From Streptomyces virus LukeCage (taxonomy: Duplodnaviria; Heunggongvirae; Uroviricota; Caudoviricetes): a stretch of 59,118 nucleotides of DNA. Below the pieces are notes generated by a model, which did no database searches, was not told the DNA's origin, and saw only the letters and a program-made list of their open reading frames with translations. The translations under genes and the position numbers were made by a program. Each line of letters starts with the position of its first letter. Position 1 is the stretch's first letter. This document shows positions 43,588 to 54,006 of the stretch, piece by piece. Location of the stretch: IMG/VR virus record IMGVR_UViG_2974629454_000001, positions 1-59,118 of that record. One strand, 5' to 3'.

Positions 43588-43956
43588 ATGAGCATTAACA
43601 GCAATCAAGTCATCAAGAAGCCAGATGTCATCATCAACCCCAACTTCTTTCTACCACCTGGGGTTGTTGATGCACGCTATCCTGATGAAATCGAGGTCGA
43701 TCAAGAAGAGACCACTGATGTAATCGATACCGACGATGTCATTGATGTTGACAGCGAATCACTCGCAGAAATTGATGAGCCAGAGGAAACAGGAGAAGAC
43801 AATGAGACTTCCATCCTGCTTCCACCTGATACAGTGATCGTTGTTAGCCAGACAATTAGAGTCGGTGAGAATGGTCAGCAGGTTGTTGATGTTGTTCTGG
43901 AAGTTCCAGATGTAGACGAATCAATTCAGATCGACGTTAGGATGACAAAGGTATGA
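43588..43956 (+). CDS. Acidic hypothetical (tail-associated) protein, leaderless
   Basis: ATG 6 nt after TATAAT. Confidence 0.7.
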   Translation: MSINSNQVIKKPDVIINPNFFLPPGVVDARYPDEIEVDQEETTDVIDTDDVIDVDSESLAEIDEPEETGEDNETSILLPPDTVIVVSQTIRVGENGQQVVDVVLEVPDVDESIQIDVRMTKV

Positions 43957-44750
43957 TAACTACTCAGGGCAAGTCAGTCATTTTCCGTTACCTGGCAGGG
44001 TACATCCCACGCATTGCAGAATCAATTGCAATTGGCGTGGGTAATAGTGCTGCCTCCGTAAATGACACGGTTCTTGATTTTGAAACAAATCGAGTCCTTA
44101 TTAGCATTACTGCCGCTGACATTGTAAATGACAAGGTGGTATTCAAGGGCGTCATCCCGCAGGAGTTTGTGGGAAAGATTTATGAGGTAGGATTGTGGTT
44201 CGGAAGCCCGGCGCAGAATGCTGGAGCTAGCTCAATCATTGTAGACTTCGATTCAACAGCAGAAGCATGGGACACTGGCACATGGGAGACAACTATTGCC
44301 AGAATCGGAACAGATGCCTTGCAGCTCGCAGGAGGCCAGAGCAGCACCCTTGCAGAAATTGCACTTGATCTGTCTGGATACTCAGATGCCGACTTCCTTT
44401 CCCTTGCTTATTCAGCAGATGCCACAATCAATGATGTGACTGTTCAGTTTAAGACTGACGATACGAACTACTATTCATACACATTTGCTGCGGCCACTGG
44501 ATATGATGTGAAGTCATTCGGAAAGACGGCGACAACTGCAACAGGAACTCCTGATTGGGAAAACATTACCAAGATCACTGTTTCATCAACAGGAACGGGG
44601 AACATTGTATTCGATGGAATCCGAGCAGAAGACAGCGACACAATCAGTAACGATTACGCTTTGGTAGCCAGAACAGTCCTTTCTACTCCAAAGACAAAGA
44701 CTAACGATAGCGAAATGGACATCGAGTACGCATTGGAAATCAACATATGA
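43953..44750 (+). CDS. Minor tail protein
   Basis: MITTQG...IA.GVG...L.FE..R, typical of baseplate or fibre-attachment proteins. Confidence 0.7.
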   Translation: MITTQGKSVIFRYLAGYIPRIAESIAIGVGNSAASVNDTVLDFETNRVLISITAADIVNDKVVFKGVIPQEFVGKIYEVGLWFGSPAQNAGASSIIVDFDSTAEAWDTGTWETTIARIGTDALQLAGGQSSTLAEIALDLSGYSDADFLSLAYSADATINDVTVQFKTDDTNYYSYTFAAATGYDVKSFGKTATTATGTPDWENITKITVSSTGTGNIVFDGIRAEDSDTISNDYALVARTVLSTPKTKTNDSEMDIEYALEINI

Positions 44751-47700
44751 GAATTCTTCTAAGAGATCTTACACCAGGCACTGACTATAACATTCAGCTT
44801 CGTTCCAATGATGGAACGAATGTTTCTGAATGGAGTCGAGTGTTCCCTATGACAACTGTTACTGATACTCTTGCCCCGGCTCCGGTGCAGAATGTCACAT
44901 GGGTTGTCAATAGAAGTGCTTTCTCTGGTAAGTGGGATGCTGTTACTCAGAATGAAGATGCAACTCCTCTTATGGATTTCTCTCACTACATTGTAAGAGT
45001 TCAGAGCGGAGTTACTTACCGAGATGTCAAGACTACAAACACTTTCTACGATCTTCCATTCGAAACAAATAAGGCATTCTTCGGCACTCCACAGGCTACA
45101 CTATCTATTACCGTATTTGCTGTGGACACGACAGGCAACTTCTCAGACGCATCTACGACTGTATCTGCCACCAATCCGCCACCACCTGATCCAACAGGTG
45201 TAGTTGCTGCTGGTATCGTTGGTGGAATTAGCATGCGTTGGGATGTTCAGACAATCGACGACCTTGCTGCTTACGATGTTTACATGAGCACGACCGGTGC
45301 AGGATTTACCCCAAGCAATGCTAATCGTGTATACAGCGGAACTGGAAACACTCTCGTATATGATTCCAGCTCTCTTGGTGTAACGCACTACTTCAAGATT
45401 AGATCTCGTGACGTGTTCGACAGCATTTCAAATTACGTCACTGTGTCAGCTACCCCAATTTCACCAACTGATGTAGATACGACTGCGCCTGGTGTTCCTA
45501 CTGGCCTTGCAGCAACGATGACAGTGGACACAAATGATTCTGCTTTTGCTACGGCGGCAGTTTCTTGGACTGCCCCATCCGATACTGATCTTGCCGGATA
45601 TGTTGTCCGATACAAGCAGAATGCAAGTAGCACCTACGACTACGTAAACGTTCCCGTAGGCACGACCTCAATTACTATTGGAGGTCTAGTTGTTGGTGTC
45701 CAGTACAATTTCTCAGTCCAGGCATTCGACAGAAGCACAAACAGATCAGCATTCTCTTCTGCTGTAAATGCGACGGCGGCGAATACGGCTCCATCTACTC
45801 CTGCTGCTCCAACTGCTGTAGCAGATGTAATGAGTGTCCAGGTTAGCCATTCCTTGCAGAAGGCAACATCTGGTCGTCTAGAAGCAGACGTTAGCTATCT
45901 TGAGGTTCACCTGGGAACTACGTCTACATTCACCGCAAGCGACTCCACAATGATTGGACAATTGCAGGTTGAGCCTGGAAGCACATTCGTTTCAGAAGTT
46001 TTTAATACTCCTGCTCAGGACTCCGCTCTGGCTCGTTGGGTTCGAGTTATTGCCGTTGACCGAGGTGGATTGAAGTCTGCTTCATCCGCTGTTGCCGCAG
46101 TAACTATTGGTCTCATCAGCAATGCATATATTGCAAACGCCACCATCACCTCTGCCAAGATCGCTTCTCTAGAAGCAAACAAGATCACTGCTGGTACGGG
46201 TATTATCAACGCACTACTAATCAAGAATTCATTGACTGTTGACACTGGTGGTACGATCAAGAGTACAAACTACGTTGCTGGATCTACTGGATATCAGCTA
46301 TCAAACAACACTCTTGAAATCAATGGCGGAACAATTCGAGCGGCGGCGTTGCTATTGCAGGATGCTCCGAACATTATTCTACCTCAGTACGCCGATTTTG
46401 AATTCCAGTCAACTTGGTATACAGGAAAGACCGTAACATTTAATGACGGCGGTACAACCACTTGGGCAATTGCTACTGCTCCGGAAGTCACTCCAAAGTT
46501 CGGAACTCAGTGCCTTAAGCACACATGGACCGGTGGAGGAACATTCTCTAGAGTTTACCAAGGATCAAGCTTCACCGACTACAATATCATTGTAGAGCCA
46601 AATACTGATTACATTGCTTCTGTATGGGTATTCAATCCAACAGGCTCCGGTGATAAGACGGTCGGCTTTGGTGTCAAGATGGGTGACGGAGTTACTTATC
46701 CACAGCCTGGTGGAACTCCAATCGTTGTGGCCAATGGAACATGGACTAGAATTTCTGGAACATTTAACACTGGTGCAAACAGCACTCTCATGACTTACAT
46801 GAGTCTGTACAACACAGGATCTGTTTACTTTGATGGCCTACAGATCGAGAGAAAGCTTACTGGTTCAACAACTGCTTCACCATGGAGAGCACCAAGCACC
46901 ACTTCTATTGATGGTGGAATCATCCGTACTGGTGAAATCCGTTCCACCGCTTTGGCAAATGGTCTTTCAGGGCAGCCAGCATGGTCAATTAACATGACTG
47001 GTGGTGCCCAGTTTGGTGATGCCACAGTTCGAGGACGCATTGTTGTTGGTGACCCAAGCAATCCATCTGCTGATGGTGTAAATTCACGAATTCATTCTGC
47101 CAATTATGTGGCCGGTACAAGCGGGTGGATCATCCGTAATGACGGATATGCTGAATTCCGTAATCTTGCAGTCAACTCAATCAAGGTAACAGCCCTTGAC
47201 GCTCCAATGCAGAACAACACCTACGCAAAGCTGTTCGACTACATGCAGGACGGTAGCCTATGGCTTTCAAATGGTGCCGTTGTTCAGAAGACTGACCCTG
47301 GTGCTTACTCTGCTGAATCCCTATTTGAATTCACTGGCTCAGGACTAGTTCTTCGTAATGCCGTTGGTGTTACCAAGGTTGCCTATGACCCAACGATTCT
47401 ATATCGAATCTCAGCACGTATTCGTGCATACTCTGTAGCAACTCTAAACTCTAACCCTGGCTTTGAAACAAATACGACTGGGTGGTTTGCTTACGGCACG
47501 AACACTATTACGAGAGACACCACAAAGAAGTTCACTGGTACAGCATCTGTCCGATGGGACCAGAGTGGATCATCTAATGGTGTATACGGAATGGGAACAG
47601 TCGTTAACGTTAAGGCTGGTTACACCTACACATTCTCTGCAAGAATGCTCCCAAACAGCACTGTCATCCGAGACAATCTAAAGATGAACATCGTATGGAA

Positions 47701-50700
47701 GGACGCTGCTAATGCGACCATTAGTACAACATTTAATGATATGCCGCCTCCAGTTGATGTCAATGGTGTCGTAATTCCTATTGATGGAACGACATGGTCT
47801 CAATTCTCTTCCACTGGAACTGCTCCAGCGGGCGCAGTGACAGCCAGTTTTGAAATTCAGGCTGGTATTTCTGGAAGCCCGGTGGCAGGAATTCAGGGAT
47901 GGTTTGATGACGTAACAGTAACTACTCCACCGCGTATCAAGGTCGGCCTCTTTGGATTCGACAATTCCAATAACATTATTGATTGGGATTATGTCGATGA
48001 TGCTACCACGCCTACAAAGAAGCACGCGATGCCAACTGATTACAGTCTTCTTTCTGGATATGCAGCGAATCAGTACATGATGGTCCAAAACAATTCAGAA
48101 GTTCAGATTGCGACCGGTAGCTCTGGCACAACTGCTGACTGGATTACTGTAACTGGATATGTTCGTGGTCGAGGTGGAGCTGGTGCAACAGGTGTTCTCG
48201 GTACTCAGGGAGAGCACCAGGACCCATATAGCCCAGCATCCCTCAACCAGTCTGTTCGATACCTTGTTCCTTATGTGGAATGGGATGTTGCAACTGGATC
48301 TATTGCTCAGCTTGACCAGTTCTCAATTGAAGCATATGAAAATGGTGCCCCAGCAAAGGTTGCTACGACAGACGTTAATGGTCAGAAGGCCGTTTCTGTT
48401 GAAAACATTCAGGGATCTATTTTCGATCACGCCATTAGATTCTACACTGGCGATGCAGACGAAGTGTATCCTGGAATGGTCGGTCATGTCATGGATGGAG
48501 ACTGGAATGATGCAGCTCATATCAGAATTGCTCCTCCGCTGATCAACAAGGATGCTGACTACGGAAGCGTGTTCGTTGGAATTTATGATCGTAATCCAAA
48601 TTACATCTATGACGCAACGTTTGAAGATGGAATTACTGGATGGACAGGAATGGCCAACACAACTCTTTCTCAGGAGACCACTGTTGGTAGAGAAGATACA
48701 AATTCCCTAAAGATCACCGCAACTGGTACAATTTCAAATCCGGCGACAACAGAGCTGCTTGGTAAGTATTCCGTATCAACTCTTACAAATCAGGAGCTTA
48801 TCGGTGAGAAGGTAACTGTAACTGGTTATGCAATGATGGGTACAGCAACCGGAAGGAACGTCCGACTTGTTGTTAAGTTCATGGACGAAGCCGGTGCAAT
48901 GATTAATGGTTACTTCATTGAAAAGGCAGTAACCAACACAGCATGGGTGAATTTCTCATTCATCTCTCCAATCGTCATTCCTGACACCTGCTATTCTGTA
49001 GAGTTCTCATTCTCATGGTTCAATGGAGCGACCGGAGATATTGTTTATGTCGATGACGTTCAGCTTGAAATGGGAACAAGAACAGAATTCCGCACAGCTT
49101 CTGCGAGCAAGATCATGCTACAGTCTGACTATGTCAAGAGCAATGGTGGAATTATCATTTCCAAGTCCGAGCTTGATCTTCCAGACAATGTATGGGGATC
49201 AACGGTTGGAGGACGTAGAGATACACCATTCTATCCTGGCGTAATTCTACAGTCAGAAGGTGGAACCGGTGCAGTTAGATATGTAAACTACACAGACTCT
49301 GCCGGTAACCGAGCATCAACTCAGTTGACCAACTTCTCTCCATCTGGAGTTGAAGAGCACGGAATTCGATTCTACGGAATGAATGACGCCACGTATCCTG
49401 GACGATGGGTTCTCACGAACGCCACAGGTCAGTTTGTACTGTCTAGTTATGCAAATGCTGATGAAGACATGACGACTGCTCGAAACGTTCGAGTATACGG
49501 CCATCTTGATGTTGATGGAGACCCACCTTGGGAAGCTACCACATTGCAGAATGGTGCTGCGGTATCTGGTGCCTACACTCCTTCTTATTTCAGTAGCAAC
49601 GGAACTACGTACCTTCGTGGTGCTGTTTCTGGATGGACTAAGGGTTCAGGTACACCTATCTTCACGCTCCCATCTGGATTTAGGCCAACAAAGACGGTTT
49701 ACCTTTCAACAGTTTCCTACACCACAACGTCTGACGCCCAGGCAACTGTTCTCGTAGTAAACTCTGCTGGTAGCGTTTATGTATATTCATCTGTGGCAAC
49801 AAAGACGAATGTTATGCTTGATGGTCTATCATTCTCCAATGCTCCAGATACTTACGTGACTCCACCAACGGGAGACACTACGGCTCCAGGAACTCCTTCT
49901 GGATTCAAGATTACCGCACTTTCCTCAAGCACCACAACTGGTACTTATCGTCTGAACTGGACCAATCCATCAGCATCAGACACGGCCGGTGTAAAGGTTA
50001 TCTGGAGAAGCGATAGATATCCTACTGTAACAATTGCAGGAAGCGGTACCAAGACTCTGACTACAGATGGAAAAATCATTACCGTAACGGGCGGTGCAAG
50101 CGCTGCAAAGCAGTACGACCACTCAGGTCTACCAGTGAACAAGACGATCTACTATCGAGTTGTTTCCTACGATTCAAGCGGAAACCACTCAACGTATGTA
50201 TCTGCTTCAAGGTACCTGCTTGCTTCACCAGTCACAGTTACTGCAAATTCATCCGACTCATACCGTCTTGGATATGGTGGTATGTGGAGAAACGACGGTG
50301 ACGAAGTTTATCAGGGTGACTGGACTGGAAATGACAACCACAGAGGAATGTATTTCTACGGAACAAAGATTTATGATGCTCTGAACACGGGCGGTGTTGT
50401 GAGGACTCCTACAAAGGCTACTATCTATCTCAAGAGACTAAGCACAGCTCATGGTAACAACACTGGAGTAGGAATCAACCTAAGAGGACATGTTTACCAG
50501 ACTAAGCCATCTGGTGACCCTGTTGGTGGTATGACTAATGAAGGTTCAGACGGAGATGACATTGTATTCCTATCAAGAGGAGAGGCAGCTACTGTAACAA
50601 TTCCATCAAGTTGGTACAACAACATTGTGGATTCAACTGCTGCAAATAGAATTGAAGGATTCGGTGTATATGGAAGCGGAACGGGTGACTACGCAGTAAT

Positions 50701-50758
50701 GTATGGTGTATCATCTGGATCTTCCTATGGAAAGATCACTCTGTACCACAAGGGATGA
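44747..50758 (+). CDS. Large tail fibre / receptor-binding protein (FN3 and carbohydrate-binding modules)
   Basis: 2003 aa; several FN3 repeats (SW.AP.D.D.AGY.V.Y); three CBM4/9-like units (N..FE....GW...FDG.Q.E). Confidence 0.85.
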   Translation: MRILLRDLTPGTDYNIQLRSNDGTNVSEWSRVFPMTTVTDTLAPAPVQNVTWVVNRSAFSGKWDAVTQNEDATPLMDFSHYIVRVQSGVTYRDVKTTNTFYDLPFETNKAFFGTPQATLSITVFAVDTTGNFSDASTTVSATNPPPPDPTGVVAAGIVGGISMRWDVQTIDDLAAYDVYMSTTGAGFTPSNANRVYSGTGNTLVYDSSSLGVTHYFKIRSRDVFDSISNYVTVSATPISPTDVDTTAPGVPTGLAATMTVDTNDSAFATAAVSWTAPSDTDLAGYVVRYKQNASSTYDYVNVPVGTTSITIGGLVVGVQYNFSVQAFDRSTNRSAFSSAVNATAANTAPSTPAAPTAVADVMSVQVSHSLQKATSGRLEADVSYLEVHLGTTSTFTASDSTMIGQLQVEPGSTFVSEVFNTPAQDSALARWVRVIAVDRGGLKSASSAVAAVTIGLISNAYIANATITSAKIASLEANKITAGTGIINALLIKNSLTVDTGGTIKSTNYVAGSTGYQLSNNTLEINGGTIRAAALLLQDAPNIILPQYADFEFQSTWYTGKTVTFNDGGTTTWAIATAPEVTPKFGTQCLKHTWTGGGTFSRVYQGSSFTDYNIIVEPNTDYIASVWVFNPTGSGDKTVGFGVKMGDGVTYPQPGGTPIVVANGTWTRISGTFNTGANSTLMTYMSLYNTGSVYFDGLQIERKLTGSTTASPWRAPSTTSIDGGIIRTGEIRSTALANGLSGQPAWSINMTGGAQFGDATVRGRIVVGDPSNPSADGVNSRIHSANYVAGTSGWIIRNDGYAEFRNLAVNSIKVTALDAPMQNNTYAKLFDYMQDGSLWLSNGAVVQKTDPGAYSAESLFEFTGSGLVLRNAVGVTKVAYDPTILYRISARIRAYSVATLNSNPGFETNTTGWFAYGTNTITRDTTKKFTGTASVRWDQSGSSNGVYGMGTVVNVKAGYTYTFSARMLPNSTVIRDNLKMNIVWKDAANATISTTFNDMPPPVDVNGVVIPIDGTTWSQFSSTGTAPAGAVTASFEIQAGISGSPVAGIQGWFDDVTVTTPPRIKVGLFGFDNSNNIIDWDYVDDATTPTKKHAMPTDYSLLSGYAANQYMMVQNNSEVQIATGSSGTTADWITVTGYVRGRGGAGATGVLGTQGEHQDPYSPASLNQSVRYLVPYVEWDVATGSIAQLDQFSIEAYENGAPAKVATTDVNGQKAVSVENIQGSIFDHAIRFYTGDADEVYPGMVGHVMDGDWNDAAHIRIAPPLINKDADYGSVFVGIYDRNPNYIYDATFEDGITGWTGMANTTLSQETTVGREDTNSLKITATGTISNPATTELLGKYSVSTLTNQELIGEKVTVTGYAMMGTATGRNVRLVVKFMDEAGAMINGYFIEKAVTNTAWVNFSFISPIVIPDTCYSVEFSFSWFNGATGDIVYVDDVQLEMGTRTEFRTASASKIMLQSDYVKSNGGIIISKSELDLPDNVWGSTVGGRRDTPFYPGVILQSEGGTGAVRYVNYTDSAGNRASTQLTNFSPSGVEEHGIRFYGMNDATYPGRWVLTNATGQFVLSSYANADEDMTTARNVRVYGHLDVDGDPPWEATTLQNGAAVSGAYTPSYFSSNGTTYLRGAVSGWTKGSGTPIFTLPSGFRPTKTVYLSTVSYTTTSDAQATVLVVNSAGSVYVYSSVATKTNVMLDGLSFSNAPDTYVTPPTGDTTAPGTPSGFKITALSSSTTTGTYRLNWTNPSASDTAGVKVIWRSDRYPTVTIAGSGTKTLTTDGKIITVTGGASAAKQYDHSGLPVNKTIYYRVVSYDSSGNHSTYVSASRYLLASPVTVTANSSDSYRLGYGGMWRNDGDEVYQGDWTGNDNHRGMYFYGTKIYDALNTGGVVRTPTKATIYLKRLSTAHGNNTGVGINLRGHVYQTKPSGDPVGGMTNEGSDGDDIVFLSRGEAATVTIPSSWYNNIVDSTAANRIEGFGVYGSGTGDYAVMYGVSSGSSYGKITLYHKG

Positions 50759-50832
50759 TCTCGACTTGACAGCTCGGACGACTTGAGTTACAGTGATTAT
50801 ACTTGGAGAAGAAAGAGGAAAATAATAAATTG

Positions 50833-51033
50833 ATGAATAAGGAAACACTTAAGTTTCTAGCTATTAAGGAACGTATTGCTCAAATTACTGCTGAGTATGA
50901 AGAGAAGATCGCGGACCTGAGAGCTGACTTCACCATTGCCGTACAAGACATGAACGATCAGCAGGAAAGTCTCCGCAAGGAGAACGAAGAACTAAGGGCC
51001 AAGCTCAATGAGACTGTGGCGAAGGAAGACTAA
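50833..51033 (+). CDS. Small coiled-coil protein (possible fibre chaperone)
   Basis: Heptad pattern; follows the tail fibre gene. Confidence 0.65.
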   Translation: MNKETLKFLAIKERIAQITAEYEEKIADLRADFTIAVQDMNDQQESLRKENEELRAKLNETVAKED

Positions 51034-51451
51034 GCCCCAAGTTGCCCCAACAGTACCCGTAGATTATCCTACGGGTACTTGTGTTCAGACTGAGAATGGT
51101 CTATTCTACATAAAGGGCAAATTCCGATATCGCATTACCAGCATGCGCATTCTCGATAGCTGGGGATTTCCGTACATCTTGAAGTCAAGCGAAGCCGCCT
51201 TGTCCCGTCACAAGATCGGTGGTAAGCTAGGATTCCGACAAGGCACTTTGGTTAAGGATATGTCCAATGGTAAAATATATCTGATATCAGAGAACCTTAG
51301 AAGACTTATCGATTCTCCTGACTTCTTTGATGTCATGCTGTTTCCAAGGGATAAAGTAATTGAAGCGCCCTCTACGGAAATAGCACTACATAAGGAAGGA
51401 GAGAAGATAACTTGGCAACTACCCCCTACAAGCCTACAAGCTGGAGTCTAG
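51008..51451 (+). CDS. Hypothetical protein with an internal tandem duplication
   Basis: GTCVQTENGLFYI..RYRITS and GTLVKDMSNGKIYLI..RRLIDS. Confidence 0.7.
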   Translation: MRLWRRKTKPQVAPTVPVDYPTGTCVQTENGLFYIKGKFRYRITSMRILDSWGFPYILKSSEAALSRHKIGGKLGFRQGTLVKDMSNGKIYLISENLRRLIDSPDFFDVMLFPRDKVIEAPSTEIALHKEGEKITWQLPPTSLQAGV

Positions 51452-51852
51452 GCGAACAGATCACCCGTGAGAAGCTTAATCAGATGTGTAGCAATGATCA
51501 GTACATTTTTGAGAATCAGCCTATCGCATTCTACAATGCTCACGGAATCAAGAAGACTTCTGGTTTGAAGATCATGGGAGGCTATGTTTACATCAAGGGT
51601 GGGAAGGGTCGTCACTACGAGAAGGAAGTCTATTTTGGAAATTTCTTCTCAGTGGGATGCAAGCCTATTGTTGTGACGAGTCAGGTAATTCAGAAGCAGT
51701 CCAGAATTCACTGCATCATTCGTGGTGTGCGAGGGGAATACTGGCCAGATCACCGAGGATTCACAGCGGTGGTTGACTCTGATGAACTTAGCTCAAAGAG
51801 CAACTATTTCCATTACGGTGTCAACGTTCACTTCCTTGCTCTTGGATACTGA
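51412..51852 (+). CDS. Putative minor tail protein
   Basis: W..GE.IT.EKLNQM N-terminus; beta-rich C-terminus. Confidence 0.55.
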   Translation: MATTPYKPTSWSLGEQITREKLNQMCSNDQYIFENQPIAFYNAHGIKKTSGLKIMGGYVYIKGGKGRHYEKEVYFGNFFSVGCKPIVVTSQVIQKQSRIHCIIRGVRGEYWPDHRGFTAVVDSDELSSKSNYFHYGVNVHFLALGY

Positions 51853-52136
51853 TGTACGTACCTATCAGAAATTGGCATAATCGAAAGAAAGTGCTATCAG
51901 AAGATGGGTACGTACTCATTTGGGCTCCAGAACATCCAAAGAGTTTCAATGGAGGCTGGTACTACGAACATCGAATGGTGTTCGAAGCCCGGCTCAAGAG
52001 GATGCTCAAGTCTGATGAGACAGTACATCACATAGGCATCAAGAGTGACAACACATGGAAGAACTTGTTCCTATGCACATGGGAAGAACACAATCGACTC
52101 AATCGTGCAGAACATCTCGCCTTGACAAGACGCTGA
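51852..52136 (+). CDS. HNH endonuclease (small, HNH_3-like)
   Basis: YEHR.V....L...ETVHH.....DN...NL.L....H. Confidence 0.85.
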   Translation: MYVPIRNWHNRKKVLSEDGYVLIWAPEHPKSFNGGWYYEHRMVFEARLKRMLKSDETVHHIGIKSDNTWKNLFLCTWEEHNRLNRAEHLALTRR

Positions 52137-52176
52137 CAACCTGTTAGTGTTGATCAAAACAACGAAAGGAACAAGT

Positions 52177-52938
52177 ATGTCTAAAGACATGACATGGCTG
52201 TTCGCATCAGACATTCATTTCCCTCACCACGATCAGCGTATGGTGTCTCTATGGTTTGACGTGCTAAAGTACCTCAAGCCGGGCGCTGTTGATCTTCCTG
52301 GTGACATTGATGATGCTGAGGAAACGAGCCGGTGGGTAGAAGGAACGACTAAGGAAGGATTTAGTCTCAACTATCCTGGTATTCAGCTAACACGCTCATT
52401 CCTTGCGGACATTCATGAGCTAGCTCCAAAGGCCGATAAGCACTTTCACGATGGAAACCACGGCTGGTATCGTCACGTCAAGTGGCTAGACAAGAATGCT
52501 CCATATACTGTTACTGATGGAGTGTACAGCCCAGAAGTTCTCTACGAGTACCAGAAGTCTGGATTCGTTTGGCACAACTATGGCGATCAAGCTGTTAAGC
52601 GCTATGGCGATATCTACGTTCATCACGGAGAAAGCATTTCAAAGCATGCTGGAGAGTCTGTACGAAATGACGTAGAAGCCTGGGGCGTTTCTCTGGTTCG
52701 TGGTCACTCACATCGAATGGGTGTCTACAATAGGACTTTTGATCTTACTGGAGAGACCCGGCGTGGATTTGAGATCGGCCACATGTGCGACGTTACTCAG
52801 ATGGACTATGACCGCACAAGGAACTGGCAGCCAGGATTCGCATATGGCGTAGTTGCTTCAACGGGCGAAGTCTTCATTGACCTAGTGCCGATCATCAACT
52901 ACACTTGTAAGATCGGAACCAAGATATTCCGAGGTTGA
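52177..52938 (+). CDS. Calcineurin-like metallophosphoesterase
   Basis: SDIH, GDIDD, GNH, HG, GHSHR; GAAAGGA RBS. Confidence 0.88.
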   Translation: MSKDMTWLFASDIHFPHHDQRMVSLWFDVLKYLKPGAVDLPGDIDDAEETSRWVEGTTKEGFSLNYPGIQLTRSFLADIHELAPKADKHFHDGNHGWYRHVKWLDKNAPYTVTDGVYSPEVLYEYQKSGFVWHNYGDQAVKRYGDIYVHHGESISKHAGESVRNDVEAWGVSLVRGHSHRMGVYNRTFDLTGETRRGFEIGHMCDVTQMDYDRTRNWQPGFAYGVVASTGEVFIDLVPIINYTCKIGTKIFRG

Positions 52939-52988
52939 CATAAAATCTCCCGTGCTATAATGAAAGAAAAAGCAAGGGAGGTTAAATC

Positions 52989-53240
52989 TTGAAGACAAGT
53001 AAGTTCTGGAAGGACGCTTTTGAGCGTGCGGCCAAGACTTTTGCTCAGTCCGCAGTTGCCATTATGGCAGTGTCCACTTCTCTATTTGATGTAAGCTGGG
53101 TACAGGCTGCTGGTACAGCGGGTCTTGCTGCTCTAGTCTCACTGCTAACTTCTATCGGTTCTGCTGGTGTCGGTAGCTCTGAGAGCCCATCCCTTGTGGT
53201 TGACACAAAGGATAAGGTACCAGGCGTTGAATCATACTAA
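52989..53240 (+). CDS. Holin (r1t-like)
   Basis: FWKDAFERAAKTFAQ..W...G.AG.AA..SLLTS, two TM segments. Confidence 0.85.
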   Translation: MKTSKFWKDAFERAAKTFAQSAVAIMAVSTSLFDVSWVQAAGTAGLAALVSLLTSIGSAGVGSSESPSLVVDTKDKVPGVESY

Positions 53241-53406
53241 GTGTGGTGGCAGGGTATTCATTGACAGAGTGTATTCTGAAAAGAATCACCTGGAACTAGC
53301 ATGTATTGAGTGCGGTTCAAGATGGATGCTTGATAAGACCAAGAATAAGCTTGCGGCATGGCTGATCGCTAGAGAACGAAACTACTCTACTCAGTTTGCC
53401 CGGTGA
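53227..53406 (+). CDS. Small Zn-ribbon protein
   Basis: KCGGRVF..D...ELACIECG.RW; TTG start. Confidence 0.7.
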   Translation: MNHTKCGGRVFIDRVYSEKNHLELACIECGSRWMLDKTKNKLAAWLIARERNYSTQFAR

Positions 53407-53481
53407 CAGCGAAGGATGCTATACTCTACATAGCACTTCCCCTGCGTGGAATGCGCAGGGGATTTTACTTTGGAGGACATA

Positions 53482-54003
53482 TTGGGAGACAAGCCAGGCA
53501 GCAGAAGGGGACAAAAGAACCCTAGCCTGTATTTCTTTCTCGATGGTCAAGCTCATAAGAAACTCCAAGTCAATCACGCGGCTGACATTCTCGTGGCATG
53601 GAATTATCCTGAGAAGAAGCGAGTGGCCTATGTGCTGACTGTTGCAAGAAAGAACATGGAAAAGGCATTCTTCACCAAGCAGGTGGAGGAAATGGTCGGA
53701 AGAACAAGAGAGTCCATGATCGGATACATTCGAAAAGGACTCATCAGACGACCATACCTAACCTACTCTCTTGACGGACAGGGCAAGCCTGGTCTATACT
53801 TGTGGACTGAGCAGGATATTCTTGACCTTCACGACATGATGCTGAATCATGGACCGGGTAGACCAAGAAATGATGGCCAGCCAGTGAGAACGAATCTACC
53901 ATCAAAGGCAGAGTTGCTAGCAATGATGCGCAATGAGGTAGTTCTATACACGAAGACCAGTGGTGGTGGATTCACACCAGTGTGGCAGGCAAAAGATTGG
54001 TAA
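53482..54003 (+). CDS. MerR/Xis-like HTH DNA-binding protein
   Basis: TTG start after GGAGG; FT.QV..MVGR....I.Y...GLI..P...YLW.E.DI; GRPR AT-hook-like motif. Confidence 0.65.
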   Translation: MGDKPGSRRGQKNPSLYFFLDGQAHKKLQVNHAADILVAWNYPEKKRVAYVLTVARKNMEKAFFTKQVEEMVGRTRESMIGYIRKGLIRRPYLTYSLDGQGKPGLYLWTEQDILDLHDMMLNHGPGRPRNDGQPVRTNLPSKAELLAMMRNEVVLYTKTSGGGFTPVWQAKDW

Positions 54004-54006
54004 GCA

